64,000 nt of DNA, from the NCBI RefSeq assembly GCF_009914755.1, contig NC_060928.1. One strand, given 5' to 3'. The notes under the pieces are model-generated. The model was given only the letters and a program-made list of their open reading frames with translations. It did no database searches and had not been told where the DNA came from. Below, one piece after another: positions 15,340 to 29,760 of the stretch. Source of the DNA: the human T2T-CHM13v2.0 reference genome, Homo sapiens. Made by a program: the position numbers and the translations under genes. Every line of letters starts with the position of its first letter. Position 1 is the first letter of the stretch.

Positions 15340-15665
15340 AAAAGAAAAAAAAAATGCTCATTTGAATATAATCAAGATTAACATCTTCTGCTCTTCCAAA
15401 GACGTCATTCAGAAATGAAAAGACAACCCATAGACTGAGATAACATATTTGCAACACATAGAACTACAAATAAATCCTATCTACGATATACAAAGAACTC
15501 TAACATGTCAAAAAGGAGGCAAATGATACAATTAAAAATGAGCAAAAATTTGAACAGACTCCAGAGAAAATACAAATGACTGGTATGCTAATGACAGAAT
15601 GCCTGACATCATTAGTCAACAGAGAAATGAGACCACAAGGAAATACAACTTCACATTCACTAGAG
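15340..15665 (+). mobile_element. Old L1 (L1M) ORF2 3' fragment
   Basis: cttctgctcttccaaagac...gaaaagacaacccatagactgaga...atatttgcaa; catcattagtcaacagagaaatg. Confidence 0.7.
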
Positions 15666-16643
15666 TCTCATCGCTGCCAATTCTGATTCAGTGTGTTTGG
15701 GACAGGGACTAGGTGATTCTGATGTACACCAAAGACTGAGGTCCATGGCACTAAGCTCCAAACAGAGTTCAGTCCCCAAGGTACTTAGAGTTCCCTGTTG
15801 CTACCCAACGTGAGCCCGCAAACCTCAGCTGAGCCAGTATATGACACTGCAGAAAAAGCTTAGGTTCAGGTCGCTCAGACCTGGGCTCAAATCCCAGCAC
15901 AACAACTTGGTAATGATTTAAATCAGCTGAACCTTGGTTTTCTTATCTGCAAAATGGGAATGATGACATTGACCTCTCAGGGCTGTTGTGAGGGTCAAAT
16001 GAGAGCTTGAAGCAGTGGCCAGTACTTGAATGGAGCTTACACAATCCCACATAGACTAAAAATTAAAAGATCTGGTAAGACTGAGGAGTGACAAGCAGTG
16101 TGTTGTCTGCTGGTAGGAGTTTGACTTGTACAGCCATCTTGGAAAACAGCTTTGGCATCAGCTAGTCAAATGGAAGATTCCTGTAGCCTACAACTCAGCA
16201 AATCTACTTCTAGAAAACTCCCCTGAAAAACTGTTTCTGGGGAGCCCTAGGATATATGTACTCAGATGTCCATGGCAGCATTGCACATAATAACTCCAGA
16301 CGAGAAACAGCCCAGGTGCCCATGGTCGATAGCAGGAATAAACAAATTGCAGAATCATCATCATATGAAACATCACAGCCACAAACATGAATGAATACAG
16401 CTCTGTCCAAACACACATGGGAAAACCTGGCAAAAATAACACCGACCAAAAGCAGCCAAAAACAAAACATACACAGTCTGATTCCATGTGTAAAACCCAA
16501 AAGTATGCCAAATTAAAATTTTTTGGAGAATTATATATAGACGGTAAAACTACAAAGAAAGAATTATTTCAAATGTCAGGTCAGGGGTCATCTCGGGGGA
16601 TGACAGAAGAAATAACTGGGGAGGGACACTTGGTAGGTCCTTC

Positions 16644-16892
16644 TTTTTTTTTTTTTTCAGGCTGGAGTGCAGTGGCATGATCACAGCTCACTGCAGATTT
16701 GATCCCCTGGGGTCAGGAGGTCCTGGTACTTCAGCCTCCCGAGTAGCTGAGACAGACGACTACAGGTATGTGCCACTATGCCTGGATAAATTTTTTTTGT
16801 TTGTTTCTTGTACAAAGGAGGTCTCGCCATGTTCCCCAAGGCTGGTCTCAAACTCCTGGGCTCATGCGATCCTCCCGCTGCAGCCTCCCCGG
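16644..16892 (-). mobile_element. Degenerate Alu (AluJ-like) within old L1 sequence
   Basis: caggctggagtgcagtggcatgatcacagctcactgcag...aactcctgggctcatgcgatcctcccg. Confidence 0.85.
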
Positions 16893-18515
16893 ACCTTTTA
16901 TTCTTAACCTGGATTGTGACATGAGTGTTAGATTTATACTCAGTCTTTAAAGTGTGTGTGTGTGTGTACGGGCACACAAGCATAATGCATATGTGTGTAT
17001 TTTATATACTCTTTTGTATGCATAATACATGCTGCCATTTAACATGGAAAAGAAAAATGGTAGGAAAGTGTTCCAGGCAGAGGGAGAATTATGCCAAGAC
17101 AGCAGGACAGAAGAAAGCTTGGGTGGCCATGGAATTGCAAGGAGGCCAATAGGGGAGGAACAGGACCAGAAAGGGAAGGAGTGGGCTGGATGAAGTTGGA
17201 GGGGCAAGAAAGGGCAGGTCATGTGGGCCTGATAGGTCATGGAAGTTAGCCTGGTTTTTACTTGGATTCTACTCTAGATGAAGTGGGAAAGTATTGGAGG
17301 GTTTTTGGCAGGGGGAGGACATGGTGTGGCTTGCATTTTCAGAGGATCCCTCTGGCAAGTGGATGAAAGAGGAGCTAGACAGGAAGCCAGGCACACTTGG
17401 GGGGCACTGCAGTGGTCCAAAGATCATGGTGGACTTCACTAAGCAATGGAAATGGACAGAAGTGGATGGATTTAAGATATATTTTGAGAGTAGAATAGGT
17501 AGGACTTCCTGGGTGATTGGCTCCAGGTTTGAGAACAGATGGTGTTGCAGAAAGTGAAAGAAGATCACAGAAAACTCCCAGATTTCAGACATAAGCAAAT
17601 GGTCTGATGGAAGGAAATGAGGTGAGGAGGGGAGACACCCTCTGCTTGCGAGGTATTTATCTTCTTTCTGTTTTCTCTTTCTTTCTGGATTCACAACTAT
17701 CTTACTCATAGCACGGAGTGAGGATAGAATATATTATCAATAGCTACAGCTATTTCTATCGATGATGAAGTTTCCAGACCTCAGTGCACAAGATACTGAT
17801 CTACATCATCCACTGACTCATTCAACAAACATGTGCTGAGTACTGGGCCCTGAGCTAGACACAGAGATAAATGGAACATAACCCTGGATCTCAAAGATCT
17901 TCCATCCACTGGAGCTGATAATGCATTGTATCATTTAAGGATGCTCTTGGCTGCAAGTAACAGGAAACCTCAACTCAAAATAGCTGAACAATGAGGACAC
18001 CTACAGAAATGCAAATTTACAGGAGTGGTGAGCTTCAAGGATGGCCCATCTGGTGACTCAGTAATGGCCAAGAATCCAGGTGCCATCTGGTTGCTTCACT
18101 CTGCTTTCCATAATTTTGACCTCATCCTAAGACAGCATGCACTCACAATTGCAGGATGGCTCCTAGTAGCAGTTTTGGCTACATGCTTTTCTATTCATGC
18201 ATGACTGGAGAGAGTAAGCTTGGCCTCTCATAGGTCTCTTGGTGCTAAGAGGAACTTTCCCGGAAGCTTCTAACAAACTTCTCTTTATGTCCTGCTGGAC
18301 ATAGTTGGGGCACAGATCCCTTACTAAACCAGTGTGGAATGGGACCCATCAGCCTGTACCTCTGCCCCCGAATTCCTTTCCTTTATCTGTTCCTCCCTAC
18401 GTGAGTGAATGGGACCACCATTCTCCAGTTGCTCAGCCAAAAACCACGAAGTCATTCTTAACTCCTGCCCTTGATCCAATCTCCTCAACTAATCCACCCT
18501 CACTCATCCCTGACT

Positions 18516-19131
18516 GTTAGGGTTGAATTGTATCTAACCTCACACCTCCAGATTTATATACTAAAGTCCTAACTCCCCAAACCTCAGAATGGGTCCTTAT
18601 TTGAAATGCGGTCATTGCAGATATAATTAATTAAGAAGAGGTCATATTGGAGTAAGGCCCACCCTACTCCAATATGACTGGTGTCCTTTATAGAAAGAGG
18701 ACACAAAGACAGACACGGGTACAGAGTGAATTTTGTTCCCCTCCAAACTTCATATGTTGAAGTCCTAACCCCTAGTACCTCAGAATGTGACCTTATTTGG
18801 AGACAATCTTTACAAAGCAAATAACATTAAAATGAGGTCACTAGAGTGGGCCCTAATCCAACGTGACTGGTACCCTGATAAAAAGGGGAAATGTGGAGAT
18901 AGACAGGCACAGGAGGAAGATGATGTAAACAGGCATGGGGAGAAGATGGCCATCTGTGAGCCAGAGAGAGAAGGCTGGAACTGAGCCTTCCTTCAAAGCC
19001 CTCAGAAGGAATCCACTCTGCCAACACCTTGATCTTGGACTTCTGACCTCTAGAACTATGGAATAACACATTTCAGTTCTTTCAGTCACTCAGTCCGTGG
19101 TACTTTGTTACAGCAGCTCTAGAAAAGTAAT
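18516..19131 (+). mobile_element. Two tandem MLT1B/C LTR segments (partial 18516-18720 plus near-complete 18722-19131)
   Basis: The LTR 5' block (gaatt..tc..c...aagtcctaac...cctcagaatg...ccttatttg) occurs twice; there is a single 3' end tactttgttacagcagctctag. Confidence 0.8.
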
Positions 19132-20138
19132 ATATTGCCTAGCTTCCAAAAGGCTTCTCACCACTTCCACCATTCCACCACTCAACCGGTCCAAACTGCC
19201 ATCCCCTCACTGGGGCTACCAGGACACTGATTCCTGAGCCTTCATCAGGGTGCTACCAGCAGCCTTCAGAATGGCCACTATGTTCTTTCTTAGTGGCTGG
19301 ACATTTACCTGACATTGACCATTTAGTCAATGTCAAGGCTTTATGTCCTCTATTGGACATTTATCTGCCTTTTAGGCTCCCCAGCATCAGAAGCCCTCTT
19401 CCCGCCTGGGAGACTTTCCTGCCTCAGAATCCTGAGTGGGGAAACAAAGGACACATAACTACAGAAGCCAAACATGCCAGACACCCGCTCTCCCAGCATC
19501 CTCTGCAGCTGGAAGTGGACATGTGACCAAGGCTCAGCCAATCAGATGCTGGAACTTTGATCAAGGTGTTACTGGGGCTAAGACATGGGGCTGAGGAGGA
19601 TTCTCCAGCAGCAGAGGGAGCTCTGGTGGGATTGGGTTTGGGGGCAGCAGCAGGGGAGCTGCAATGTCCTGTGCCAGCGGTGCAGTCAATGGCAGTGGTG
19701 GCTGCAGCGGAGCCCATAGGACCAGCTCTGGGAGTGATTTAGGGTAGTATCTCCAGCTACAGAGCTTCCAGGCCTGGCTCTCCAGCCCTCCCACTGATCC
19801 TGTGAGCAACCCACTCTTTTCAACAACTTTTTTGGCTTTAGTTGTTCCTTACAACTATGGAAATACAGAAACTCTAGCAAAGCACATAAATAATCTCACT
19901 TCACCCTCACGACAACCCTAGTGGTAAAAGCCCTCATTTACAAACAAGGGGCCTGAGAGTTATATAACCTGCCCACAGTCACGGCTTATATGCACTGGGA
20001 GGCTTTTGTGGTGGAGCTGCCAAACTTCAGGGCACAAATACAACTGCTCCACAAACTGAACTCTTGAACTTATGATTAAGATGTGAAAGTTAAGCAGATA
20101 AACCTAATGGTGCATTTATTGATTTAAGAGTAAATATT

Positions 20139-20432
<294 letters not shown>

Positions 20433-23400
20433 GAGTAAATATCAACTATATCAACTAAGCCTTTGCTTGGGCTGGATACTCCGTCAGACCGTGGTGAATA
20501 CAGCAGCAACCACCCCCAAGGAGCACAGAGTCTAGTGGGAGAAACAGTGATGATTGCTAAGCGCAAGGATTAGAGGGGCCACAGCAAGACAGGGGGTAGA
20601 GGCTGCCCCAGGAACTACTGCAAGTATGTACAGAGTAAAGACCCTTCAGAGAAGCTGGCATAAGTAATGAGTATCCAGGACTTCACAGACACCCCTCCTG
20701 CCACCTGATAAACAGGAGACCTCCACATGTGCAAGGTCATTCTTGCATGTGAACTTGCTCCCTATGGCACTCTTGTAGTAATTCAAGCAATTGCAGCTGT
20801 CTTGCAAGGAGTCAGGCTAATACCCACCCTGGAAGGCCTCAGTAATGACTGGCTTCCTGGAATTAATGTAAGGAAATGAAAAGGATGCTGATTGGGAGGA
20901 AATTTTGTCTTTTCCTTTGTGTTGCACTGCATTCAGGAGCCTGGTGGGAAAAGAGAGGGTTTTCAGCTCACCCACTACCAAGCATTGCTTTGGGAGTCTG
21001 TGGAAGTTTCTTACTGTGACGTTGGGAAATGGCTGACAGAAGCCTCTATAGACTCTGGAGGGGCCAGAAGACTTGCTGCATAGCCTAGGCCCCCTGCAGG
21101 AACACTTTTCTCAAAAGTTCCCCGAAAGCTGTTTGCCCCAATGCTTTTGGCAACTGAACGTTTGTCTTCCAGGTCTGAATTCAGCAATAGCCCAGGTGAA
21201 AGGCCTTGTTACCACAAGGCTGAAGCCAGTGATGAAGTTTGCTCAGAGAATTCACTGCACTAACATTCCCCAAGCTTGAGATTTGTGAACCTCACCTATG
21301 GCAAAACATGACTGGTCATGCATGATACAGAATGGGTGCTTAAATAAGAATTCGTTTTGAGTTTCTGCTGTGTGGCAATAACCATATAATAATAAAACAG
21401 GTAACCCACACATCATAGTTACAATATGCTCTGTACTATTCTAAGAACTGGAGGCATACTGACTCACTTCTTACCCTCCACAAGGGTACTATTTGTTTCC
21501 TCTGTTTTGGGCAGATGTGGTATCTGAGCCACAGAGCCACAAGGGGCCCTCCCAAGCTCACACCATTGGCATGCGATGTCACCAGGACTCAGCCCCAGTG
21601 AGCAGGGATCCAGAGTCCATCTCTTAACCATTACTTTTTTCCAACTCTAAGTGTAGAAAATATAAAGATGATGATATCAATACCTCTGTTTTAGGGGAGA
21701 AGAGGAGACATGGAATGAAGATTGGTTGACTGCTAAGTATGTATCAGACATTTGGATATCTCATCTCATTCAACCCTTGTAGCCATCCTGAGAAGTTTCA
21801 TTCACAACAGAGAAGTCTGGAGTGGAGAAACACATCCCATAGCCATGCCAAAGATGGTAGAACTGCAGGGCCTGCTAGACCTCACAGTGCTCTCCTCTTC
21901 CTGGACATACTGCCAGGCCACCTTACCCAGTTCCTTGCATCTAGGTGGGGCCATATGACTACTTCTCAAGCAAGGAGTGTAAGTACAAGGGACATGTGTG
22001 ACCTCCACCAAGACGCTGAGAATGTGTTTGCCTGCTCCACGCTTGCTCCTGTCAGCTGGCCAGCCACAGAGGATCTAGCAGAGGACTCCAAAGTCCTAGA
22101 GAATGGTGGAACCACTTCACTTAAGGAACCTGGGTCCCTGAATGGCTTCATGGAGCAGAGTGTTCCTGCTCATCTCCTTCAAATGAGGTGATATAAATGG
22201 GAATTTTCACTGTGTTAAGCCACTGAGATACAGGGCTTGTTTATTACAGCAGCAAGTTTGCCCTGCTGACACAATCAACGTAACTACAGAGCCCATGCCA
22301 TCACAATTGCACTGTGACCTGAGGCTTCAAGAAGGAGGAGAGATTTAGGCCAAGTCATGAAGGCTTGGAGATATAAACCTTTACCTAGAGCTTTCCTTTT
22401 ATGTGTTGGGAGAACTCGATCCTGTTTGAAGAAAACAATCTGCAATAAAAATTTGCTTTAAGATCACTGTGGTAGGTAAACTCTAGGCCTGCTTTGGGAC
22501 ATCTCACTCATTCCTATCTTACTTGGGATTCCTTGTTTTACTTTTTCATTCAGCCAACAGCCACGAGGCACATTCTTGTATCTTTCTATCTGACTTTACA
22601 GGTCTTCTTCCTCACTACCAGGGGCCCAGCTTCCCATCCTTTCTTCTAGATACAAATTCTGCTGTTTCTTGCCTTCAAGGAGTTCAAGATCTAGTGGAGA
22701 CAGTAGTCAAGTAAACATACAATTATAACATGGAATAAAAATGCCATGACAATAGGAAGCCAAGAAAGGCTGTGGAATCCAAGTCAAGCAAGCAAGAAGG
22801 GCAGACGGAGTGGGCTCAGTTACAGGACGACAGGCAGAGTTAACAGAATTCTTGAAGGTGCAGAAACCGGAGACCACAGGTTGCCACACAGGAGGTATAA
22901 AAGACGCAGTGGGTTGAAAGGTGGCCCAGTAGAAGGTTGGAGGCTGCCTGTACCTGGCTTTGCCTGCCAGCCTCAGGAGTCTACACAAAATTCCATGGGC
23001 ACTGGGGAGCCATTGGAGGGTTTTAGCATGGAATTGATAGCTCTAATTTGTGGTTAAGAATGTTCTTCATAGGTGCAGTGTGAAGGACATTTCAGGGATT
23101 AGACTAGAGGATGCTAGGCCTGTTAGGAAGCTCCTGCAATTGGTATGAGATGATGAGTCTGATCAAAATTGTTATGAGTTGCTCCAGAAGCATTGATGTT
23201 ATGGCTAGTACTAACTATAGCCTAAACTGCAAACAACTGAATAAAAGGCTACATGGTTAAAGCAAAGGAAGCTTAAGAAAGAGCCAAGAGTTCTGGATTT
23301 AACACTTGCTTGCATCACTGAGTCTTTCTGTGGCCTTGGGTGATCTTAAGCAATCTGTGTGCCTCTCTGGAAGTGCTGTCAATGTTAAAGGTAGTTGGAA

Positions 23401-24196
23401 TTGGCTTTTTTCCACTCTCAGCTCTGCCACTTCTTTGCTGGGTGACCTTGAGTAAGTTACTTAACCTCTCTGCGCCTCAGGTTCCTCATCTGTTAAATCA
23501 TTGCCCTCCTTGAAGAGTTACTGTGAAGATTTAATGAGAGAATGAAGATACAGCACAGTGCTGGGTCGATATGAAGTACACAATAAAAACCGGAAATTGG
23601 GGTGGTTGGTGGTAGTGTTGTTGATATTTTTACTGCTATATTTGTAAAATAAGGGGCCTAGGCTCATTTATTTGTCAGATTCAAGAATCCATGAATCACT
23701 TACCATTATCTCCCAGGCCAGGAACCTGGGGACCAAGCCTCTGGACATAAAATTGAACTCTGCAATTCCCAGCCAAGACTGGCTTAGAGCATCTCCAAAT
23801 AATAAAAGAAATTGCCAGACAATGGGAGGCAAATTACCTCGTAGCCTGTTTAACAATATTAATGTGCCTTACTGATTCACACAGAGCCTCCCGTGAACTC
23901 ACTTGGAACGATTCTCAGGAGTCCTGTAAAAATACACGGAAGTAACACTTGGTAGCTGGGCCAGAGTACACACACCATTGCATAAGAGAGGAAGTCATGC
24001 CACAATGCCTTAGGGCTTTATAAAGACAGTCTGCACCACTGAACACACTGGCACAGGGAAGAACGCAGTCCAGAAGTCCTTAAAAAAGTACCCATTGTTG
24101 AACCAGGCCCTCTGAAGTTAGGGCCCCACAAGAACAAAATTCCACAATCCCAGCAGTGCTACCTAATGTCGCCTGGCTCCCCGAGGTAAGGCCTCC

Positions 24197-24768
24197 TGTG
24201 TAGAAAAGAGCTCTCACAGCACGCCTGAGACTTCTCTTCCTAGAAAAGCCTGCTGCAGGGTAAGTCCCGGGCTTGCATCTGGGAACTTGGATGTTGGAAG
24301 GGTTGCCACCGTTCCCAGATCTGGTAAGAGTGACTCAGTGTACCTAAACTGTGCAAACAGTGTGGTTTATGCTGTCTCAGTGTGGTTTATATCTGCTTTC
24401 TTTCTGGGAATCTGGAATTTTCTGCTTGCCAAGCAGAGAGTGCCTATGTGACCACCCCCCGAGAAAAACCCTGGACTCCAAGTCTCTAATGAGTTTCCTT
24501 GTTAGACAAATTTCACAAGAGTTGTCACAACTCGTTGCTGTGGGGATGAAGCGCGTCCCGTGAGGCTCTGCTAGAAGAGTTCTTTGGAGCTTGCCCCTGG
24601 TTTCCTCTGGACTTCACCCCTGCACCTTTTTCCTTTGCTGACTTAGCATTGTGTTCCACCACTGTGATCAGTCATAGCTGTGAGTACTACCGCATTCCTG
24701 TGCCAACGCCTGTGACTCATGCCAGTGAATTATCCTACCTGAAGGTGGTGTTGGGTGACCCCAGTACA
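24197..24768 (+). mobile_element. Solo ERV LTR (MER68-like, ERVL class)
   Basis: TG...CA termini, 572 bp, 5-bp TSD CCTCC at 24192-24196 and 24769-24773. The 5' sequence tgtgtagaaaagag...gcatctgggaacttgga resembles MER68. Confidence 0.8.
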
Positions 24769-27475
24769 CCTCCCTTGTCCTAAGGAAAAAACTCAGCTCC
24801 CATTTTGGCTTGACTTGAGCATTAGGTTTGCAGGTTTGTGGTGTTTTTTCCTCCTCCCCAAGTGATTCTCCCAGAGGAGCCTGGCTGACTCACTGGGAAA
24901 GAGGCTCCTGTGCCTCCAGACACCTGAGACTATTTTGTTCCCACAGTTAGCTTTCAGAATGAAATGAAACATGATGAAAGAGGAAACATCAATTACAAGC
25001 AACAGCCAGGCAAGTAAGGCTTTCAGAGCCTCCTGGGTTTCCCCTCAGCCACCTTTGCAGTGAGGGGGCAGCCAAATGCTTGGGTTTAATTAGTTGAAAC
25101 ATAAAGAAGGTAAGTTTCATTGTCTATTTGGCCCCAGGCAGAAGCAGAGAAGTGAATGCACTCCCAATATTATTCTTATTCAATCACAGTCCTGAGCCTT
25201 CCTCCTGCTGGAACATTCTTTTGAGAGGTTGCATAGCTGTGTTTACAGGGAACAGTGCATTTTCGCAGACTTGAGATGATATTTTGCTCTCCTTTTTGCA
25301 TATCCTCCGGTTGGCCGGAATGAAAAGGGCAAATTGTTTTCATTACCAGTCAATTCACTTCTGGATGCTTGAGGTAGCAGGGGCCCCGTCTGCAACATCA
25401 ATTCTGGAATAACTCATTTATAGAATGGGAATAAGAACCCCTAGCTTGTAGATGAGGCCGCCAGAAGGATGAAATGAGGTGTGTGAAGTCCCGAGCATGA
25501 TGTCAGCATACAGCAGGTGCTCAATAAATTTCAGGGTCTTCCCCTATGGGTCAGAAATAGGGTGCTTCTAGTTTCACTTGTCTGGTTTGTTCACACCAGC
25601 TGTGCAACTCCAACACAGCCCTCCAAGTTTCCCTACCTCCCATCTTGCTGGATCAGCTATCCCCAGCTCTCTGGCTGCAGCAACCACTGCCCCCACTGCA
25701 CTAAGCTGAGCTTCCTGGAGATTTGATGGGACCGAGTTCCTTTCCCCATTTGGCTCAACAAAGGCATTTTTCTTGGAGAAACTTTATGAAATGAGAAAAT
25801 TCTATATCAAAGAGGCAGGCTGTCCAGCTCTAATCGCTGGGACCTCCAGGGCATGGTGCGGGGGGAGTTGGCACTCACAGCCTGGGACACCTGGACACCA
25901 ACGCCCCAGGCTGGAAAAGGTCCCTGGGCCCTCATCAGTCAGCAGCTGTGCTGGCTCTGATCAAATCAAACCAAACCAAACAATGACTCACAGATCCCAA
26001 TTTAAACAATGCAGCAGCATCTCATATTAGAGAAAAATTGGAAACAACCTCAGAGGCCCACATTAGGAAGATAGGACATCACAGGAGGCAGCTCCACACT
26101 GCTGTTAAACATCCTGGTGATGCAGAACTTCCAATAGCATAGAAAGGTGCTTACAAATAAATAGTAAGCCAAAAAAGAGAGTATTAAACAGTATATATGA
26201 TGATCTTCAGAAAAAAGAGTGGATTTAGATGACACATTAAAAGCGGCCTCTGGATGGAGTCTGGGTTTTGACTGTGTTCAGGCCCAAGTGTACCATCTAT
26301 TAGCTAGGTAGCCTTAGGCCAGTCACTCAATCTCTCCCTTATTTGTAATACAGGGTTATCAGCATAAATCTGCCATGTGGGGCTGGTATACAAATGAGAG
26401 AGATCATCTCTCACTCACAGAAGAATGTTTGTATGTGTAGCTTCATTATCAAATTTCTGTGCTGTGGTTTTTTTTTTTTTTTTTTTCTAATGGAAGTCTG
26501 TTGCTTTTATAGTTACTGAGATAAAGTGAGACAAAAGCAAGAGTAAAACTGAAAAGAGCGGGGGGTGAGGGGACAAAACTCTGGGATTCAGAGATACCCA
26601 TTTCATAGACATAATTGCCCGTTGTTTCTGCAGTGACACAATGCACAGGGTCCTCCTGTAATCTCAGCCCTCTTCCACCAAAGTCTTGAGCCCTGCTATG
26701 CCTCCCCCTCACCCCAACCAGAACTTATGTCGTTTGACACAGTCTCTGCTCATCATTCCCTCCTGGTTTCCTTGAGAATGGGTCTCAGGCCACACCAGAG
26801 GCACCTGCCAGGCGACATGCTTCTTTCTCTAAGAGCGCCTGGGTTCCCAGAGCAGCCTGCTAAGATGGCATTATGGGGTGGGATTAACTGAAAGCACCAG
26901 AACTTGCTTTTGGGTTCTCTCTCTGTTGGTTCACTTGAATCTTGTTTGATCAGGTTCTAACATCTGTGGCTAATTGGGCAGCTCTACCCTTATAGAGGGA
27001 AATGTTGATTTTGCTTTTTATTATCATTTGTTTATCTGCCTTTAGGGAAGGAGCAGACAGGAGAAAATAATAGAATATACCATTTATGCTGGGAAATGCA
27101 TTGAGTCAACTTAATTGCTCTACAGAAACCCTGGGCTTAAATACTAACACCATGAAGGACAAGAGTCTGTGTCTCCCCTCCCAAGAAGACAAAACATGGC
27201 TAACTCAAAAACCACTGGAAAAGTGAGTAATTTCTTATCAAAGCCAAGCCATTCAGTATTATTTCTGTGGCTGCCAGTGTTGTTTCAAATAAGTCCTAAT
27301 TTATATTGGATGGTGTGGGGCCAATGAGTTAGACTCCTAAAGTTAAGTTCTCATTCATTCTTTCTCACTCCTTCCTTCTCTCACTCACTAATTCATTTTA
27401 CAAACATTTTTTGAGTATTTTCTGTTTATAATATGCATTTGTGTAATGTAAATCTTATATACACAGTAGACAATT

Positions 27476-28135
27476 GTATAATAAAGTTTGGCTGGCCTTT
27501 GTCCCTGGTTCTTGGGATGTAGCCTGTGAATTCTTGGGATTTCTTGAGTTATTCATGGCAGACCTCTCAGAATCCCTTGATAGTGTATGTTAACAAGATA
27601 ACTCAGGATGGGGGTTGGCCATGCAAGAAAGACCAGCCATGTGATAGAGGGTTGGGGCTTTGAGCCAAGTGACATCAGCCCTACCTCCAGGGAAGAGAGG
27701 AGGACCAAAGATTGAGTTCAACCTTATGGCCAATGATTTGATCAATCACATCTACATGATGAAACCCCAATAAAAATTTGGAACACTGAAGCTTGGGTGA
27801 GCTTCCCTGGTAGACAACACTCTGTGGGAGGAGAGAGAACACCAGAGCTGGAATCCTTCCAGACCTTGCCCTGTGATCTCTTCTTGTGGCTTATTCTGAT
27901 TCGTATCCTTTTTGCTATAATAAAGCTGTAATTCTAAGCTTAGCACTTCCTGAGTTCTGTGAGTCATTTGAGCAAATTATCAAACCAGAAGGGGTAGTGA
28001 GAACCCCCAAATGTGTTACCATATGTTCACGGAACCCCTGAGCCTGTCGCTGGTGTCTGAAGTAAGGCCAGTCTTGTGAACGGCTGTGCTCTTAACCTGT
28101 GAAGTTTGGCCTAAATGGCTAGTTAGCATCAGGAG
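27476..28135 (+). mobile_element. MER21-like LTR
   Basis: tggcctttgtccctggttcttggga...ggccatgcaagaaagaccagccatgtgatagagggttggggcttt...tcctgagttctgtgagtcatt. Confidence 0.7.
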
Positions 28136-29520
28136 TCATGGCGAAGCTGTGTGCGAGGTACTTTGATAGACGCCAGGGAAACAAATGAACAGTATTGTTT
28201 TAGGTGACACTTTGATCTGTACAATCCTGACTGCTATACTTTTGCCAAGCCTCCAAGCATTTCCCCCAAGCTACAGGCCAGAAACTGCACAAACAGGCAC
28301 CAAGTTCACTGTCTATCCTTTTGATTAGCCCTGAACTGTCCCGCCCACCTCACCTTCTGTTCCCCCAACCACTGCATTCCCTGTTTGCTTTCTAATTTTT
28401 ATTTTCATTCATAACTCCTATTCAACACATTCATTATCTCAACTTTGGTCCTTTTTTCTTGGCGACTTTTCTTAATGTCCATCCCCCAGTGGTCGTTCTG
28501 CCTAGGCTGACTGTTCTCTTGGGCTCATTGCAATGTGGGATCCTCCTACAATCATAGGAAGTGCGTGAGTCCCAGGTCAGGAATCCATCCAGGTCCATCA
28601 CCTCAATAGTTGCTTCTCATGGATCAGCTACTCTTGAACCCCTCACCCTTTGGCTTGTTTTTTGTCTTGGTTGGGCCCTTTTGGACTGAAGTCTGGGCTC
28701 CATACTGTCGGCCCTGCCACAGACCTTGCATTTCTTTAGAACATTGCTTCCAGAATCTTCCTGTAGGCTCTGTGGACAACACCCATGAGTAAGAGGAGCT
28801 TTGACTCATGCTTTGCCCAGGTACCACCATCCCACCCAGGCCTGTATCAGCCCTGTCTGCCCATTTCAGTCCCCAGAGAATGTCCCTTGGGGCTCAGAAC
28901 CCCCCACTCCAGTCTGTGGGTCTCCATCCAGCCCTTAACAACCTCTCAGGTGGATTCTAGACACTGGGTGCTCACAGGTACCAAGAGGACATCTTTCAGC
29001 ACAACTCTGGCAATCATCCCAGATGATTCTAGCAGTATAATGAAGCAGGTTCCAGGCACTGCAACATTTTCCTACTAAAGGTCAACGATTACAATGGCAT
29101 AAATCTGAAGCCATTTTCAAGGATTCAGATTAGCACATTTGCATGCATGACTGTCTGAAAATTCAGGCTACATTTGATTGGTATGCAAATTAGCCCTAAA
29201 TTTGGCAGTCTTTTACAATAACTTCAGGATGTTTTAGACAGACAGGTAAGTAAGTAGATGGATAGACAGAAAGATACAACTATGCCAATTGGAGCTAGTC
29301 ACTGGAAACAGAAAGGACAAAGCCTAGACAATCAGCAATACATGAACAAAAGAAAGGAGATTAGAAAGCAAACATCTTCAGGAAGATTTAGGTGCTCCTA
29401 TTTAGATGCTATGCAGCATAGGCTGTGGATTAATTATTCAGCCAGCCAGCCCTCTGCCCAGAGGTACTAATGACACAAGGAATCTACAAGAGCCTCCTCC
29501 CTTTTCTAAAACCTCTAGCA

Positions 29521-29760
29521 CAGGGGTTAGCCAACAATTGGCCAGCAAGGGAAACCCTAGACCACCATCTGTTTCGTAAATAAAATGTTATTGGCACATA
29601 CCCTCACCCATTCATTTACATATCATCTATAACTGCTTTATCTCTACATAGCAGAGTTCAGTAGTTGCAACAGAGACCATATGGCCAACAAAGAAAAACC
29701 ACGCACTATCTGGACCTCCACAGAACATTTGCTGGACCTTCACAGAACGTTTGCTGATTC
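29521..29760. mobile_element. MER58-like DNA transposon
   Basis: caggggttagccaac...gtaaataaaatgttattggcaca...gcagagttcagtagttgcaacagagaccatatggcc. Confidence 0.75.
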
